Source of the DNA: Eledone cirrhosa
Lineage: Eukaryota
Direction: 5' to 3'
DNA: 64,000 nucleotides
Assembly: GCA_964016885.1 (NCBI GenBank)
Contig: OZ024741.1
Location: forward strand, 105,276,001 to 105,340,000
The notes under the pieces were generated by a model that worked only from the letters and a program-made list of their open reading frames with translations, searched no databases and was not told the origin of the DNA. The position numbers and the translations under genes were made by a program. Below are positions 1-13,686 of the stretch, piece by piece; position 1 is the first letter of the stretch, and every line of letters starts with the position of its first letter.

Positions 1-680
<680 letters not shown>

Positions 681-805
681 GTGAATAAGACCGTTATTGC
701 TCCAATCAATCTACAAACACTCAGCAAACACCCTAAACCGAACGCCAGCCTGTACTCATGACTCCTACCAAACCAAACCGCACTCACCCTCTAAATTCGG
801 TAAAT

Positions 806-815
806 CACACACACG

Positions 816-911
<96 letters not shown>

Positions 912-912
912 A

Positions 913-946
<34 letters not shown>

Positions 947-1046
947 TGTGTGTCCCAAAAATGTATACATACCTCAACAGTATTGTAATAAATATTGGCT
1001 GTACAGGTAATCAAAGTGTCTATATATTTTGGAGGGACACTCTGTG

Positions 1047-1081
<35 letters not shown>

Positions 1082-1549
1082 ATTGAGAGGTATTTTATTG
1101 AATAGATATAGATAATAAATTGATTAATATATCTAGATATATCTGGGAAGGCATGTAAGGAGATTTCTGTCCATGGCGGCCGAAGTAAATTGAAAAAAGA
1201 CGTCGAGAAACAAGTGAATGAGAAAATATAATTAATAATATATAAGAAATAAAAAGAAATACACAAACACATACATCACCTCAAACACATATATACATAC
1301 ATCCCGTTACACAAACATACATCCTGTCACATACACACATACATCTCTTCACACTTACATATACATCACTTCACACACACATACTTCTCTTTACATACAC
1401 ATACTTCTCTTTACATACATTTATTTCTTCACACGCACATACACATACATCTCTTCACACGCATACATCTCTTCACAAGCATACATCGTGTCACACATAT
1501 AACCCTCATACTCCCACGCACATCCATCCCTTCACACTCATATATCTCA

Positions 1550-1591
<42 letters not shown>

Positions 1592-1950
1592 TCACACACA
1601 TACACATACACACATACACACTCACACAGACACACACACATCCATACATCTCTTTCACATACGCACATACATCCCATCACACACACATAGATCCCCTCAC
1701 ACACATATACATCGCATCAAGCACACACATACACACACGCACATATACATCTCTTCACACATATACACATGCATATTCTTCACACTCACAAACATTCGTC
1801 CCCGCACACACAAATAGATTCTTTCACACACAGATACATCTACTCACACACATATACTTCCCTACACACACAAATACACACACAAACATACATATACACT
1901 GACACACACACAGACAGTCATATACATACACATACGCCAATATATGTATA
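806..1950. repeat. (CA)n, (GA)n and degenerate CA-rich low-complexity tracts
   Basis: Direct inspection. Confidence 0.85.
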
Positions 1951-2166
1951 TAAATGAACGACTTTATTCATTATATTATATATATAGATGACAAATATAG
2001 ATATGCCATAGCAACATTAATAAGTATAATGATGATATTGCTGGGAGACTTTTGACTTGATTATTACTGCTCCTATGAAACAAAAGATGGTTTGTATGAA
2101 AAATGAAGAAATATACAACAATTGAAGACAGAAAATAATTTTGGACGGAGGCATATATCAGTTATG

Positions 2167-2255
<89 letters not shown>

Positions 2256-2350
2256 ATGTGTGTATGTATAAATGTATAAATAGAAGTAGTAACACAAGTT
2301 AGTTCACCATAGCGAGAACAATTGTTTCACCTTATGCGGATCTTCATTTC

Positions 2351-2415
<65 letters not shown>

Positions 2416-2469
2416 CGTGTATGTATGTATATATATATGTGTCAGTTATGATTATATATATATATATAT

Positions 2470-2850
2470 ATTATAAAGCTGGCGGCCGTATGTATGTAAC
2501 AAACTTTTCGCCAAACGGCTGGACCAAACAGCACCAAATTTGCACCATAGATGTAACTTTTTCCAAGTAAGAAAGTGAGGGTATTTTTGTCTTCTAAATT
2601 TTATTAAAAGATTAAAGATATTTTATCATTTATTTAAATATAATTTTCAAATGTCAACACTTCCGGTTATACGACATTCCTCTCTCTTTCTTAGTCTGTC
2701 GTTTTAGATATAACGTCGCACTCTTATAATATGTCTCTGTATGCATTAGATAAATAGCTATAACGTCGCACGCTTATAATGTCTGTTTGGCTGGGTGCCT
2801 GTTTACATTGACTTCGCTTCTAACCAACTTTTAATTAAGTCAATGTATAT
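2470..2850 (+). mobile_element. Non-autonomous Helitron-like 5' fragment
   Basis: TATAAAG...tatgtatgtaac...ggctggacc...aaatttgcac start typical of Helitron 5' ends; shares sequence with 11420-11705 (-). Confidence 0.45.
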
Positions 2851-2859
2851 ATATAATTA

Positions 2860-3165
2860 GTAATAATAATAAATGTGAAGACTAAAATCCAAAGAGGCTC
2901 GATAGGGATAAATATATATCAAATATATAAGAACCCTAGAGCAAATATTGTTCTCTTGCTGACGTATTATCTTCGGGTTTTTCCGTTCATTGCCAGGGAA
3001 CGTCTTCACGAACCAAACTATCGTCTTCCTTTTTTCCTACGGTTGCAACGTTTTACGAAATATTTACATCTGCGTTCACAGATTGATTTTTTTAGTTTCA
3101 AAAGATCCCGTTAAGGATGAAAGCAATGATTCTTTCCTTAAACATTAATCTGTTATTTTAATATA
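2860..3165. mobile_element. Dispersed non-coding repeat with degenerate HHR-like motif
   Basis: Partial copies at 39140-39250, 39925-39970 and inverted at 3512-3556. Minus strand 2972-3012 reads GUGAAGA-CGUUC-loop-GAACG-GAAA. Confidence 0.55.
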
Positions 3166-3167
3166 TA

Positions 3168-3514
3168 CTAGCAGAATGGTCCGGCGTTGCTCGGGATTCT
3201 AAACATAGATTGGCATGTTTATCCCTCTTTTCTGAAACAGTTTCGTCGTATGTTCACCAATTGATGCAGAAGTCCTAATAAAAAGTGAAGTCGCCTTGGG
3301 TGAATAGGCAAATACTTTTCCATTAAGATTTTTCAAAAGCATGTAATTGCGTTCCCTCTCTTTTTTGTTAAAGTTTTTGCTGCTGTTGGTGTGATAGCAG
3401 CGGTTGGTCGTACTACTAACACATTCTCATCCTTCTTCAGCCAATCGTGTATATCCCCTTCTGCCGCGTCAGCAATGAGAACAATATTTAAATATCTGTA
3501 CACGAATATATATA
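3168..3514 (-). mobile_element. Short non-autonomous Helitron
   Basis: 3' end on - is cccgagcaacgccgg hairpin followed by CTAG. 5' end TATATATTCGTGTACAGATATT is shared with the element at 11725. Confidence 0.7.
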
Positions 3515-3553
3515 TCTGTGAACGCAGAAGTAAATATTTCGGAAAACGTTACA

Positions 3554-3611
<58 letters not shown>

Positions 3612-3870
3612 TGTATATATATATATATATATAGTTTTGCGTGGTTTTTTATATGAAATCGTGTGTCGAAACAAATATTGTTATACTTGGGGAGGGTCAT
3701 ATTTGTGTAATAATATTGCCAGAATTAATAACAGAACACACTCACTGTTTGGTTGGTTTTCGCTTCTGTGTCTTTGATATCGGTTAATTTAATTTATTCG
3801 GTCCTCAATGTTACCATTGACTGACCAACGGTCAAAAATACAGATACAATATAGACACAAACACATATAT

Positions 3871-3924
3871 ATAGTCTAACAAAGTTCTTTCGTTGCACAT
3901 CTGCAACATCGTCAGTGGTGCTAT
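3871..3924 (-). ncRNA. Hammerhead ribozyme (type I, minimal stem III) in PLE tail
   Basis: CUGACGA-U-GUUGCA-gaug-UGCAAC-GAAA-GAAC-UU. Confidence 0.75.
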
Positions 3925-4223
3925 TATGTTTCCTCCCGTTGTATCGTATGCTTACGCCATCTTTATTTAGTCTGTTTATTTATTTATTTATTTGTTTATT
4001 TTTTTGTCTTGTCTGCGCATGCGTTTGGGTTTGTGTATAGTGTTTTGTTTGATGTGTGTTCGTGTTTGGGTGACTGTGTATTGGTTATTGTATTCTATCT
4101 TAGTTTATTAGTGTGTGTTTATATGTGTTTGTTGTTATTGTGCTTCTGTATGTATTTATTTATTTATTTATTTATACTTCTCTTAGGTCAGTGTTGTTTG
4201 TTTGGGTGTTGTTGTTATTCCAT

Positions 4224-5648
4224 TCATTTTTTTCTGTTTAGCCTTGGCCTTCTAAGTTCTATTTCGCTGGCCTCTCTGATTTGCCTATCTGCTGGGTCAT
4301 TTCTATGTTTAGATATTATTCTAATTTCTATGTTGTCTATGTTACCGTCGTGTTGTTGTCTGGCATGTTCGTATAGTACTGAACCGTTTTTTCGTTCTTT
4401 TAGTTCCCACCAGTGATGGTCTATCCTTTCACCTATGCTACGAGCTGTCTCGCCTATGTATGTTGTTGTCATGTTTCTGCAAGTACCCTCTGTACATCTT
4501 ATGCTATAGACTACGTTTCTAGTTTTACAGTTTATCTGGGGGTTTACTTTACATATGATACATTTCCTATTAGTACAGTGGGTTTTCTTAAAAGAGTAGG
4601 TTTTGCTGATCAGGGATTTTATGGTGGTTCCTGGCTTTTCTACCACCTTAATCTTTAAGTGGGTCTTTCTCGGGGCCTTTCTACACTGGTTAGCTAATTT
4701 CCCTCCAGGGGTAGCGTCCACAAACATGACACTCTGGTATCTCTGGTTGTCGTACCATGAGGTGGCTTTCTCTATCTTATGTCTAGTCCTATCTAAGCTT
4801 TTCCATGATTTGCTCCTGTATAATGGGCAAATTCCTTTCATGTCCAGTTCTATGAGTGTCTTATACTTCTCCGTGGCTCCTTCGTATACTCTGATTCTGT
4901 CTCTTTGGTTGTAGCCATAGAACTGCATGCGGTTGATGAAGTGTTGGATGTGTCTTTCCATTTCTGTTGGGTCGCACATGCGGGACACGTTCTTCATTAC
5001 TCGTACCAAGTCTGCGATCAGAATATTAAACTTAGCACTACTGAGTTTTTGAGTATCATTTTTGAGTAGCATTGCTGAGTTTTTGAGTATCAGGTATTTG
5101 GAGGCCATGGGTTTAGCATAGTGTGAGTGGAGAATTTGGGCTCTCTCGTCTATAGTGTTAATCCAGAGTTCCGTGTCTAATACAGGTAGTCTATTGTTAG
5201 GGTGTTTGGAAGGGTAGTCGATAGTTACAGTTATACTCTGGTGTATGTAATTAGCTATCTGCTGGATGCTTTCCATTGTGCTACGTTCTAAATAAAACTT
5301 GTTAGTGCTCTCTTGTGGGGATGTCCTTATTACTATAATGATGTCGTCTACGTAACGAGAGTACATGATGAGGTCTATGGAGCTCTCATCAAGGAGATCT
5401 TTGAGTCTCATTTCCCACCATACCATAAAAGGGTTGGCAACGTCACCAGCTATGCTGACGCCAATGGCTGCTTCCTCATTTTGGGCGTAGATCTTCTCGT
5501 TGAATTTGAATATGTGGCCCTTTAGGGTAGTTTTGATACTAGCCCCTATTGCATGTGCGACCATTTTTCTTACCTGATCATTGTTTTGGGGGATCCGTAT
5601 AGCTTTGGTCCACCCAATCCATCTTTCCATGGGAGTCTTTTTTGCCAT
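4224..5648 (-). pseudogene. PLE RT C-terminal half + GIY-YIG endonuclease (474 aa fragment)
   Basis: YSRYVDD, CxxxxCxxC linker, VVY..YIGETAR. Separated from the upstream RT (5757-6586) by a stop and a frameshift. Confidence 0.9.
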
Positions 5649-7857
5649 TGAGGTTATGGTGAGGAGTCTACCTCTTATAGGTCTACTAGGGCAGAGGGGG
5701 GGTATACCCCTTATGGGTCTACTGGGGCAGAAACGTCTAAGGTCATGGCTGTCTAGTTAGTTAGTGTCGTAAGTAAGTCTAAGTAGGAGGCCCAGTTCGT
5801 CTGTATCGACGTCGCAGAACTCCACCTCACAGTCAATGATCACCTCCACACATTTTTCCACAGCAAAATCAATGTTAATGGATGGGTACAGTGATACCAC
5901 ATCCATACTGCTTATTATGCAGTTGGATAGGTTCCTGTTTTTGTTGCACTCACTGATTCTGCTGAGGAGGTCCTCTGTACTGTCACATACATCTGGGGAC
6001 ATCTTGATTATGGGGCGTATAACCATTGAGAGGAAATAGGAGATCCTGTACTTGCTAGCTATATTAGCTCCGCATACGGGTCTTGTTGGTGGTCCTGTTG
6101 TCGGGTCGTCGACTGTCTTGTGGTCTTTGCATACAAGGGTGGTATGCCATTGTTAGACGCCTGGAAGTTGTTGGCAGTGCGTCTGCTTGGCTTTAGGATG
6201 TCGGTCCACATCATGATGTGAGCGTTGAGGATTTTCTCTCTCCCATCATGTATTTGCTGTGTAATTTCGCTCGTGTTGGTGATGTGGGGTTGCATAGCCT
6301 TGATGTAGTTCGGCATGCTACCTATTGACATCCTACCAGACTTATCCGTGGGTAGACATACTACCTCACCATCCATTGTGCGTTGCTTGAGGCTAACCAA
6401 GCCTTCTACAGTTTTCCTCCCAAGTTGTTGGACCTCTGGTCTGCTTTGTCTCTTAGTAAACCGGTCTACTATTTGTCTAATCTTATTTCTAGCTATGATG
6501 AACTGTGCCTCTGTCTCGTCATCTATTTGTCGTGGTATGCAAACCCTTTTATTAAAGGGTAACCTTGTAGGATAGATATTACCCATCTTATATGTTTTGT
6601 CAGCTGGGTTGAAGAATAGTTTCTCTAAGGGGTTGTCATTATATCTATCGTCGTAGTTGTGTGCGTTGCTATTATTGTTATTATGGTGGTTGTTGTTGTT
6701 GTTCCTATCATTAACATTATTATTATTGTTATGATTGCTAGATGTATTGTTGCTGTGATTGTTATATGTATTGTTGTTGTTTTCTCCACCGTTATTGTTG
6801 TTGTTATTGTTGTTATTGTTGTTATTGTTGTTCTACCATTGTGGTTGTTACTTTTATTATGTTTCTTGTTTTTGTGTGTTGTTGTGTCTATCATTAATGT
6901 TGCTACATATATAATTTCTATTATTACCACTGTGGTTGTTGTTGTTGTTACTCGTATTGTTACCGTTATTACTACTGTGGTCGCTGCTGCTGTGTCTGTA
7001 GTTAATGTTTCTATTATTATTATTATTATTATTGTGGTTGTTGTTGTTGTTCTGTCTATCGTTAATATTATTACCATTATTACTATTTCTCACTCTCCTG
7101 CTATTGTTATTGTTATGACTATTACTATTATAGCTGCTATTTCTATACTCAGAGTTATTTTTTATATTACTACTACCGTTATTGTTGTTGTTGTTGTCCG
7201 TATAGTTGTTGTTGTTGTTTACTTTTGCATTCCAACGTATTTTTGTGAAACACTTTTCCAGCTTCGTTTCCCACCACTCCGTTTCTCACCACACCAAACG
7301 AGAGGGATGAACTCATGAGCGTCATTCGACGTGAAACGAAATTCGCCCGAAACGAATGCAATAGGCATTTCAATAAGAAATTAGAATGGATGAATAAGAA
7401 AAAACTAGAAGAAAGAAAAGTAGAATATTCTCAAAAATACCCAGATGACATCAACAATATCCGTATGACTGATGTAGAACTACTGGAAGAATTTACCAAT
7501 GACCACACAGTAAATATTTATGGGAACACTTTAATCAGTGAACAAGAACAACAAATTCTGCAGCTACCACCAAAATTTGCTATCTACAAAAAGATTAACC
7601 CTATCGAGTGCAAAACGGAGCTGGAAAAGTGTTTCACAAAAATACGTTGGAATGCAAAAGTAAACAACAACAACTATACGGACAACAACAACAATAATAA
7701 CGATAGTAGTAATATAAACAATAACTCTGAGTATAGAAATAACAGCTATAATAGTAATAGTCATAACAATAGCAATAGCAGGAGAGTGAGAAATAGTAAT
7801 AATGGTAATAATATTAACGATAGACAGAACAACAACAACAACAACCACAATAATAAT

Positions 7858-8025
7858 TGTTTCTACTTTAGGCACAAGGCCAGCAATTACCCGGTACATT
7901 ACTGGTACTTTATTTTATCGACCCGGTAAGGATGAAGGCAAAGTTAACTCAGACTGTAAAGGGACGTAACTATGCTAGAAAGCATAGCGTCCAACCCTCT
8001 ACCGATTCTGCCAATTCACCGCCCT
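7858..8025 (-). mobile_element. tRNA-derived SINE inserted in the PLE right arm, with TSD
   Basis: 17-bp TSD acaaccacaataataat (7841-7857 / 8026-8042). Core ttcatcctt..gggtcgataaaataaagtaccag recurs at 19445, 47800, 51040 and 63230. Confidence 0.85.
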
Positions 8026-8474
8026 ACAACCACAATAATAATAATAATAGAAACATTAACTACAGACACAGCAGCAGCGACCACAGTAGTAATAACGGTA
8101 ACAATACGAGTAACAACAACAACAACCACAGTGGTAATAATAGAAATTATATATGTAGCAACATTAATGATAGACACAACAACACACAAAAACAAGAAAC
8201 ATAATAAAAGTAACAACCACAATGGTAGAACAACAATAACAACAATAACAACAATAACAACAACAATAACGGTGGAGAAAACAACAACAATACATATAAC
8301 AATCACAGCAACAATACATCTAGCAATCATAACAATAATAATAATGCTAATGATAGGAACAACAACAACAACCACCATAATAACAATAATAGAAACACAC
8401 ACAACTACGACGATAGATATAATGACAACCCCTTAAAGAAACTATTCTTCAACCCAGCTGACAAAACATATAAA

Positions 8475-10879
8475 ATGACTAATATCTATCCTACGAGGTT
8501 ACCCTTTAATAAGAGGGTTTGCATACCACAACAAATAGATGACGAGACAGAGGCACAGTTCATCATAGCTAGAAATAAGATTAGACAAATAGTAGACCGG
8601 TTTACTAAGAGACAGAGCAGACCAGAGGTCCAACAACTTGGGAGGAAACCTGTAGAAGGCTTGGTTAGCCTCAAGCAGCGCACAATGGATGGTGAGGTAG
8701 TATGTCTACCCACGGATAAGTCTGGTAGGATGTCAATAGACAGCATGCCGAACTACATCAAGGCTATGCAACCCCACATCACCAACACGAGCGAAATTGC
8801 ACAGCAAATACATGATGGGAGAGAGAAAATCCTCAACGCTCACATCATGATGTGGACCGACATCCTAAAGCCAAGCAGACGCACTGCCAACAACTTCCAG
8901 GCGTCTAACAATGGCATACCACCCTTGTATGGGCTCCGCAAAGACCACAAGATAGTCGACGACCCGACAACAGGACCACCAACAAGACCCGTATGCGGAG
9001 CAAATATAGCTAGCAACTACAGGATCTCCTACTTCCTCTCAATGGTTATACGCCCCATAATCAAGATGTCCCCAGATGTATGTGACAGTACAGAGGACCT
9101 CCTCAGCAGAATCAGTGAGTGCAACAAAAACAAGAACCTATCCAACTGCATAATGGGAAGTATGGATGTGGTATCACTGTATCCATCCATTAACATTGAT
9201 TTTGTTGTGGAAAAATGTGTGGAGGTGATCATTGAGTGTGAGGTGGAGTTCTGCGACGTCGACACAGACGAACTGGGCCTTCTACTTAGACTTACCTACG
9301 ACACTAACTAACTAGACTGCCATGACCTTAGACGTTTCTGCCCCAGTAGGCCCATAAGGGGTATACCCCCCCCCCCACCACCACCACCACCACCATAACC
9401 TCAACGGCAAAAAAGACTCCCATGGGAAGGTGGATTGGGTGGACCAAAGCTATACGGATCCCCCAAAACAATGATCAGGTAAGAAAAATGGTCGCACATG
9501 CAATAGGGGCTAGTATCAAAACTACCCTAAAGGGCCACATATTCAAATTCAACGAGAAGATCTACGCCCAAAATGAGGAAGCAGCCATTGGCGTCAGCAT
9601 AGCTGGTGACGTTGCCAACCCTTTTATGGTATGGTGGGAAATGAGACTCAAAGATCTCCTTGATGAGAGCTCCATAGACCTCATCATGTACTCTCGTTAC
9701 GTAGACGACATCATTATAGTAATAAGGACATCCCCACAAGAGAGCACTAACAAGTTTTATTTAGAACGTAGCACAATGGAAAGCATCCAGCAGATAGCTA
9801 ATTACATACACCAGAGTATAACTGTAACTATCGACTACCCTTCCAAACACCCTAACAATAGACTACCTGTATTAGACACGGAACTCTGGATTAACACTAT
9901 AGACGAGAGAGCCCAAATTCTCCACTCACACTATGCTAAACCCATGGCCTCCAAATACCTGATACTCAAAAACTCAGCAATGCTACTCAAAAATGATACT
10001 CAAAACCTCAGTAGTGCTAAGTTTAATATTCTGATCGCAGACTTGGTACGAGTGATGAAGAACGTGTCCCGCATGTGCGACCCAACAGAAATGGAAAGAC
10101 ACATCCAACACTTCATCAACCGCATGCAGTTCTATGGCTACAACCAAAGAGACAGAATCAGAGTATACGAAGGAGCCACGGAGAAGTATAAGACACTCAT
10201 AGAACTGGACATGAAAGGAATTTGCCCATTATACAGGAGCAAATCATGGAAAAGCTTAGATAGGACTAGACATAAGATAGAGAAAGCCACCTCATGGTAC
10301 GACAACCAGAGATACCAGAGTGTCATGTTTGTGGACGCTACCCCTGGAGGGAAATTAGCTAACCAGTGTAGAAAGGCCCTGAGAAAGACCCACTTAAAGA
10401 TTACGGTGGTAGAAAAGCCAGGAACCACCATAAAATCCCTGATCAGCAAAACCTACTCTTTTAAGAAAACCCACTGTACTAATAGGAAATGTATCATATG
10501 TAAAGTAAACCCCCAGATAAACTGTAAAACTAGAAACGTAGTCTATAGCATAAGATGTACAGAGGGTACTTGCAGAAACATGACAACAACATACATAGGC
10601 GAGACAGCTCGTAGCATAGGTGAAAGGATAGACCATCACTGGGGGGAACTAAAAGGACGAAAAAACGGTTCAGTACTATACGAACATGCCAGACAACAAC
10701 ACGACGGTAACATAGACATCATAGAAATTAGAATAATATCTAAACATAGAAATGACCCAACAGATAGGCAAATCAGAGAGGCCAGCGAAATAGAACTTAG
10801 AAGGCCAAGGCTAAACAGAAAAAAGGAATGGAATAACAACAACACCCAAACAAACAACACTGACCTAAGAGAAGTATAA
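8475..10879 (+). pseudogene. PLE RT + GIY-YIG polyprotein, interrupted
   Basis: ORFs 8475-9311 (TDKSG, LYGLRKDHK, RPVC, SMDVVSLYPSI) and 9422-10879 (YVDD, GIY-YIG). TAA stop at 9309-9311. Confidence 0.9.
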
Positions 10880-11121
10880 ATGAATAAATAAATAAATACA
10901 TACAGAAGCACAATAACAACAAACACATATAAACACACACTAATAAACTAAGATAGAATACAATAACCAATACACAGTCACCCAAACACGAACACACATC
11001 AAACAAAACACTATACACACACGCAAACGCATGCGCAGAGAAGACAAAAAATAAACAAATAAATAAATAAACAGACTAAATAAAGATGGCGTAAGCATAC
11101 AATACAACGGGAGTAAACATA

Positions 11122-11175
11122 ATAGCACCACTGACGATGTTGCAGATGTGCAACGAAAGAACTTTGTTAGACTAT
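11122..11175 (+). ncRNA. Hammerhead ribozyme in PLE tail
   Basis: CUGACGA-U-GUUGCA-gaug-UGCAAC-GAAA-GAAC-UU. Same layout with compensatory stem changes at 40214-40256. Confidence 0.75.
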
Positions 11176-11349
11176 ATATATATGTGTTTGTGTCTATATT
11201 GTATCTGTATTTTTGACCGTTGGTCAGTCAATGGTAACATTGAGGACCGAATAAATTAAATTAACCGATATAAAAGACACAGAAGCGAAAACCAACCAAA
11301 CAGTGAGTGTGTTCTGTTATTAATTCTGGCAATATTATTACACAAATAT

Positions 11350-11382
<33 letters not shown>

Positions 11383-11419
11383 CTATATATATAGACACCT
11401 ATATATACACACACACACA

Positions 11420-11705
11420 CACAAATAGTGTCATAATGTCGTAATGCAGACAGCCAGACATACAGACAGATATTATAAGGGCGCATGTTATATCTATGTA
11501 TCTATCTAAAAAGACAGACTAACGAAGAGAGAGAGAGATCACTAAATCGCCTAATGCGGGCCCTAGGGCATTGAAAATTTGAAATATTTTTTGCCCAAAA
11601 CACAAACACGACCATAAGTATTACATGTGCAAAATTTGAAAAATTTAGGTTGGGTGGTTCTCGATTTTTAGGGAGTCAGACAGACAGACATTCTCTGTTT
11701 TAGAT
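11420..11705 (-). mobile_element. Helitron-like 5' fragment
   Basis: Minus strand begins TATATCTAAAACAGAGAATGTCTGTCTGTC...aaattttgcac. Confidence 0.5.
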
Positions 11706-11724
11706 ATATATATATATATATAAT

Positions 11725-12401
11725 TATATATTCGTGTACAGATATTTTTGCATACACAAAAACAAAATATAAACAAACGTATTTATTTCACGAAAGCACA
11801 GACGGCTTATCGTCATTGTTACTGTCGATATGCCACCCAAAAAGTCCCAACATGGCCGCAAGATCAGATTTTACAGAAGAAAAAATGTTACTAGAACAAC
11901 AGAGAGACTAAGCTTCGCGATTACCATCAACAAAGCTCAGGGTCAAACCCTAAAAGTGGCTAGCCTTCATCTGGGAAAACCATGCTTCTCCTATGGTCAA
12001 TTTTATGGTGAGCTCGACAAACAATCTCTTCATCTTTGCTCCCGATGGCCGAACAAAAAATATTGTATACTCTGAGGCTCTAACAATGTAATTTATGTAT
12101 TTTCGGTTACTTGGAATTTCCATTATGGTTGTACAAATTATTGTAAAGTTTGTTAAAAAAATGTGTTCTCTGTTCAGCCTTTATTGTTGTAACTATCAAT
12201 TTTCTTTAACGTACTGGCTGCTGAACTGGGAATCCTAAAAACTATTCGAACTCAACATCAGAGCACGTTAACCCCCCCCACCACCACCAACCTCGCTGAC
12301 TTGAGAGGGTGTGCGGTATCTTTGCACTGAAGTGGAGGGGGAATCCTGAAAAGATAAAATGCCGGTATACCTAGCCGAGCGCCAGCCGGACGGGCCAACT
12401 A

Positions 12402-12402
<1 letters not shown>
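11725..12402 (+). mobile_element. Non-autonomous Helitron with Pif1 C-terminal remnant
   Basis: RLSFAITINKAQGQTL..PCFSYGQ (helicase motif V/VI region). 3' GC hairpin followed by CTAG at 12399-12402. Confidence 0.85.
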
Positions 12403-12448
<46 letters not shown>

Positions 12449-12453
<5 letters not shown>

Positions 12454-13420
12454 CTTGCTTCCTGAAGCTCCCACACTTCAGTGACGAAACAACAGCCATC
12501 CGCAAAGCTATCAGACGAGAGGGACTAGATATCCAACTAGCCCACTCAGGACCTTCTCTACGCGGACAGCTAACCAAAAGACACTCCACCAGACATGACA
12601 GCCGCTGCAGGCTAGCCAACTGCCCCATCAACGACACAGACCTATGCCACCAGGCTTACGTCGTATACAGACTAGAGTGCGACAAATGCAGCAACTTCTA
12701 CGTAGGTAGCACCACCAGACCACTTCACATAAGAATAAAGAACACCTCAATACTAACGCTTCCTCATTTAAGAAACACCTAGTGAAATGCAAAAACACCG
12801 TCAAACCATAACAGTTAGGATAGAAACTAAGGAAAGAAACCTCGGCAATCTTAGAATTAAGGAAGCACTAATTATAGACAAAACACAACCACCAATCAAT
12901 AATAGACTAGAACTCAACACCCAATTTATAACTTGATAGAGCATCTAGCTCCATACTTACACCCCCCTCCCACACACACGCGCACACACACACACACACA
13001 CCTACACCTCCACTCATTCTCTCTCACACACACGCATACACACACAAAGACCAGTTCTAACACGAGAGAGCATCTATCCCCACATTTACGTATAGACATA
13101 TCTTCTCACACTCACACACACACATACTTACACCTTCAGGTATTCTCCCACACACTTAAACATACATGTACAAAAAAAAACTTTTAAAGGGAGACTACTC
13201 TTTATCCACCTAACCTTAACTCTTTGACATTAGAGATAGAACAGATATTCTATACCATTTCCTGTCAGCATGACTTGGCAAGCTATTTAGAACACTGATT
13301 TAACCGCTTTACTTCCCTCCGAAGAAGAGATATTATCTCGAAAATTAAGGACATTTAAATAAATTTAAGGTAAAAGACTAATTGTCAACAATATCTTTTT
13401 CATTTGCATTTATATTCTAT
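12449..13420 (+). mobile_element. 5'-truncated PLE (GIY-YIG + tail with HHR)
   Basis: Translates LKLPHFSD..CRLANCPI..C..VVYRLECDKCSNFYVGSTTRPLHIR. Starts directly after (TA)n. Confidence 0.85.
13316..13350 (+). ncRNA. Minimal hammerhead (U4C variant)
   Basis: CCU-CCGAAGA-A-GAGAU-auu-AUCUC-GAAA-AU-UA-AGG. Confidence 0.55.
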
Positions 13421-13472
13421 GTCCATACCTGCATTGTTTTGGCTTTACAAATACAAACGTTTATATATATAT

Positions 13473-13551
<79 letters not shown>

Positions 13552-13686
13552 GATTAATAGATAGATAGATACATAGATAGATGCATACATACAAGCATGC
13601 ATACATACATACATACATACATACATACATACATACATACATACATACATACATACATACATACATACATACATACATACATACAT

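Larger units (their letters stand above)
3634..7264 (-). mobile_element. Penelope-like retroelement, left arm of 7.7-kb fold-back
   Basis: RT segments (TDKSG, SMDVVSLYPSI, AIG..YVDD, LPVLD), Cys linker, GIY-YIG (NVVYSIRC..YIGETAR), HHR in the 3' tail. Reverse complement of 7619-11350. Confidence 0.93.
7265..11355 (+). mobile_element. Penelope-like retroelement, right arm of fold-back (longer at 5' end)
   Basis: N-terminal LQLPPKFA..KIRW segment, Asn-rich insert, RT 8475-9311 and 9422-10879, GIY-YIG, HHR. Ends in (TA)n. Confidence 0.93.

Noticed and set aside
6625-8436. Thr/Ile/Val-rich ORFs resembling mucins or membrane proteins
   Set aside because: Alternative frames and antisense readings of the AAC/AAT tract in the PLE.
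9309-9311. In-frame stop as selenocysteine recoding
   Set aside because: The codon is TAA, not TGA.
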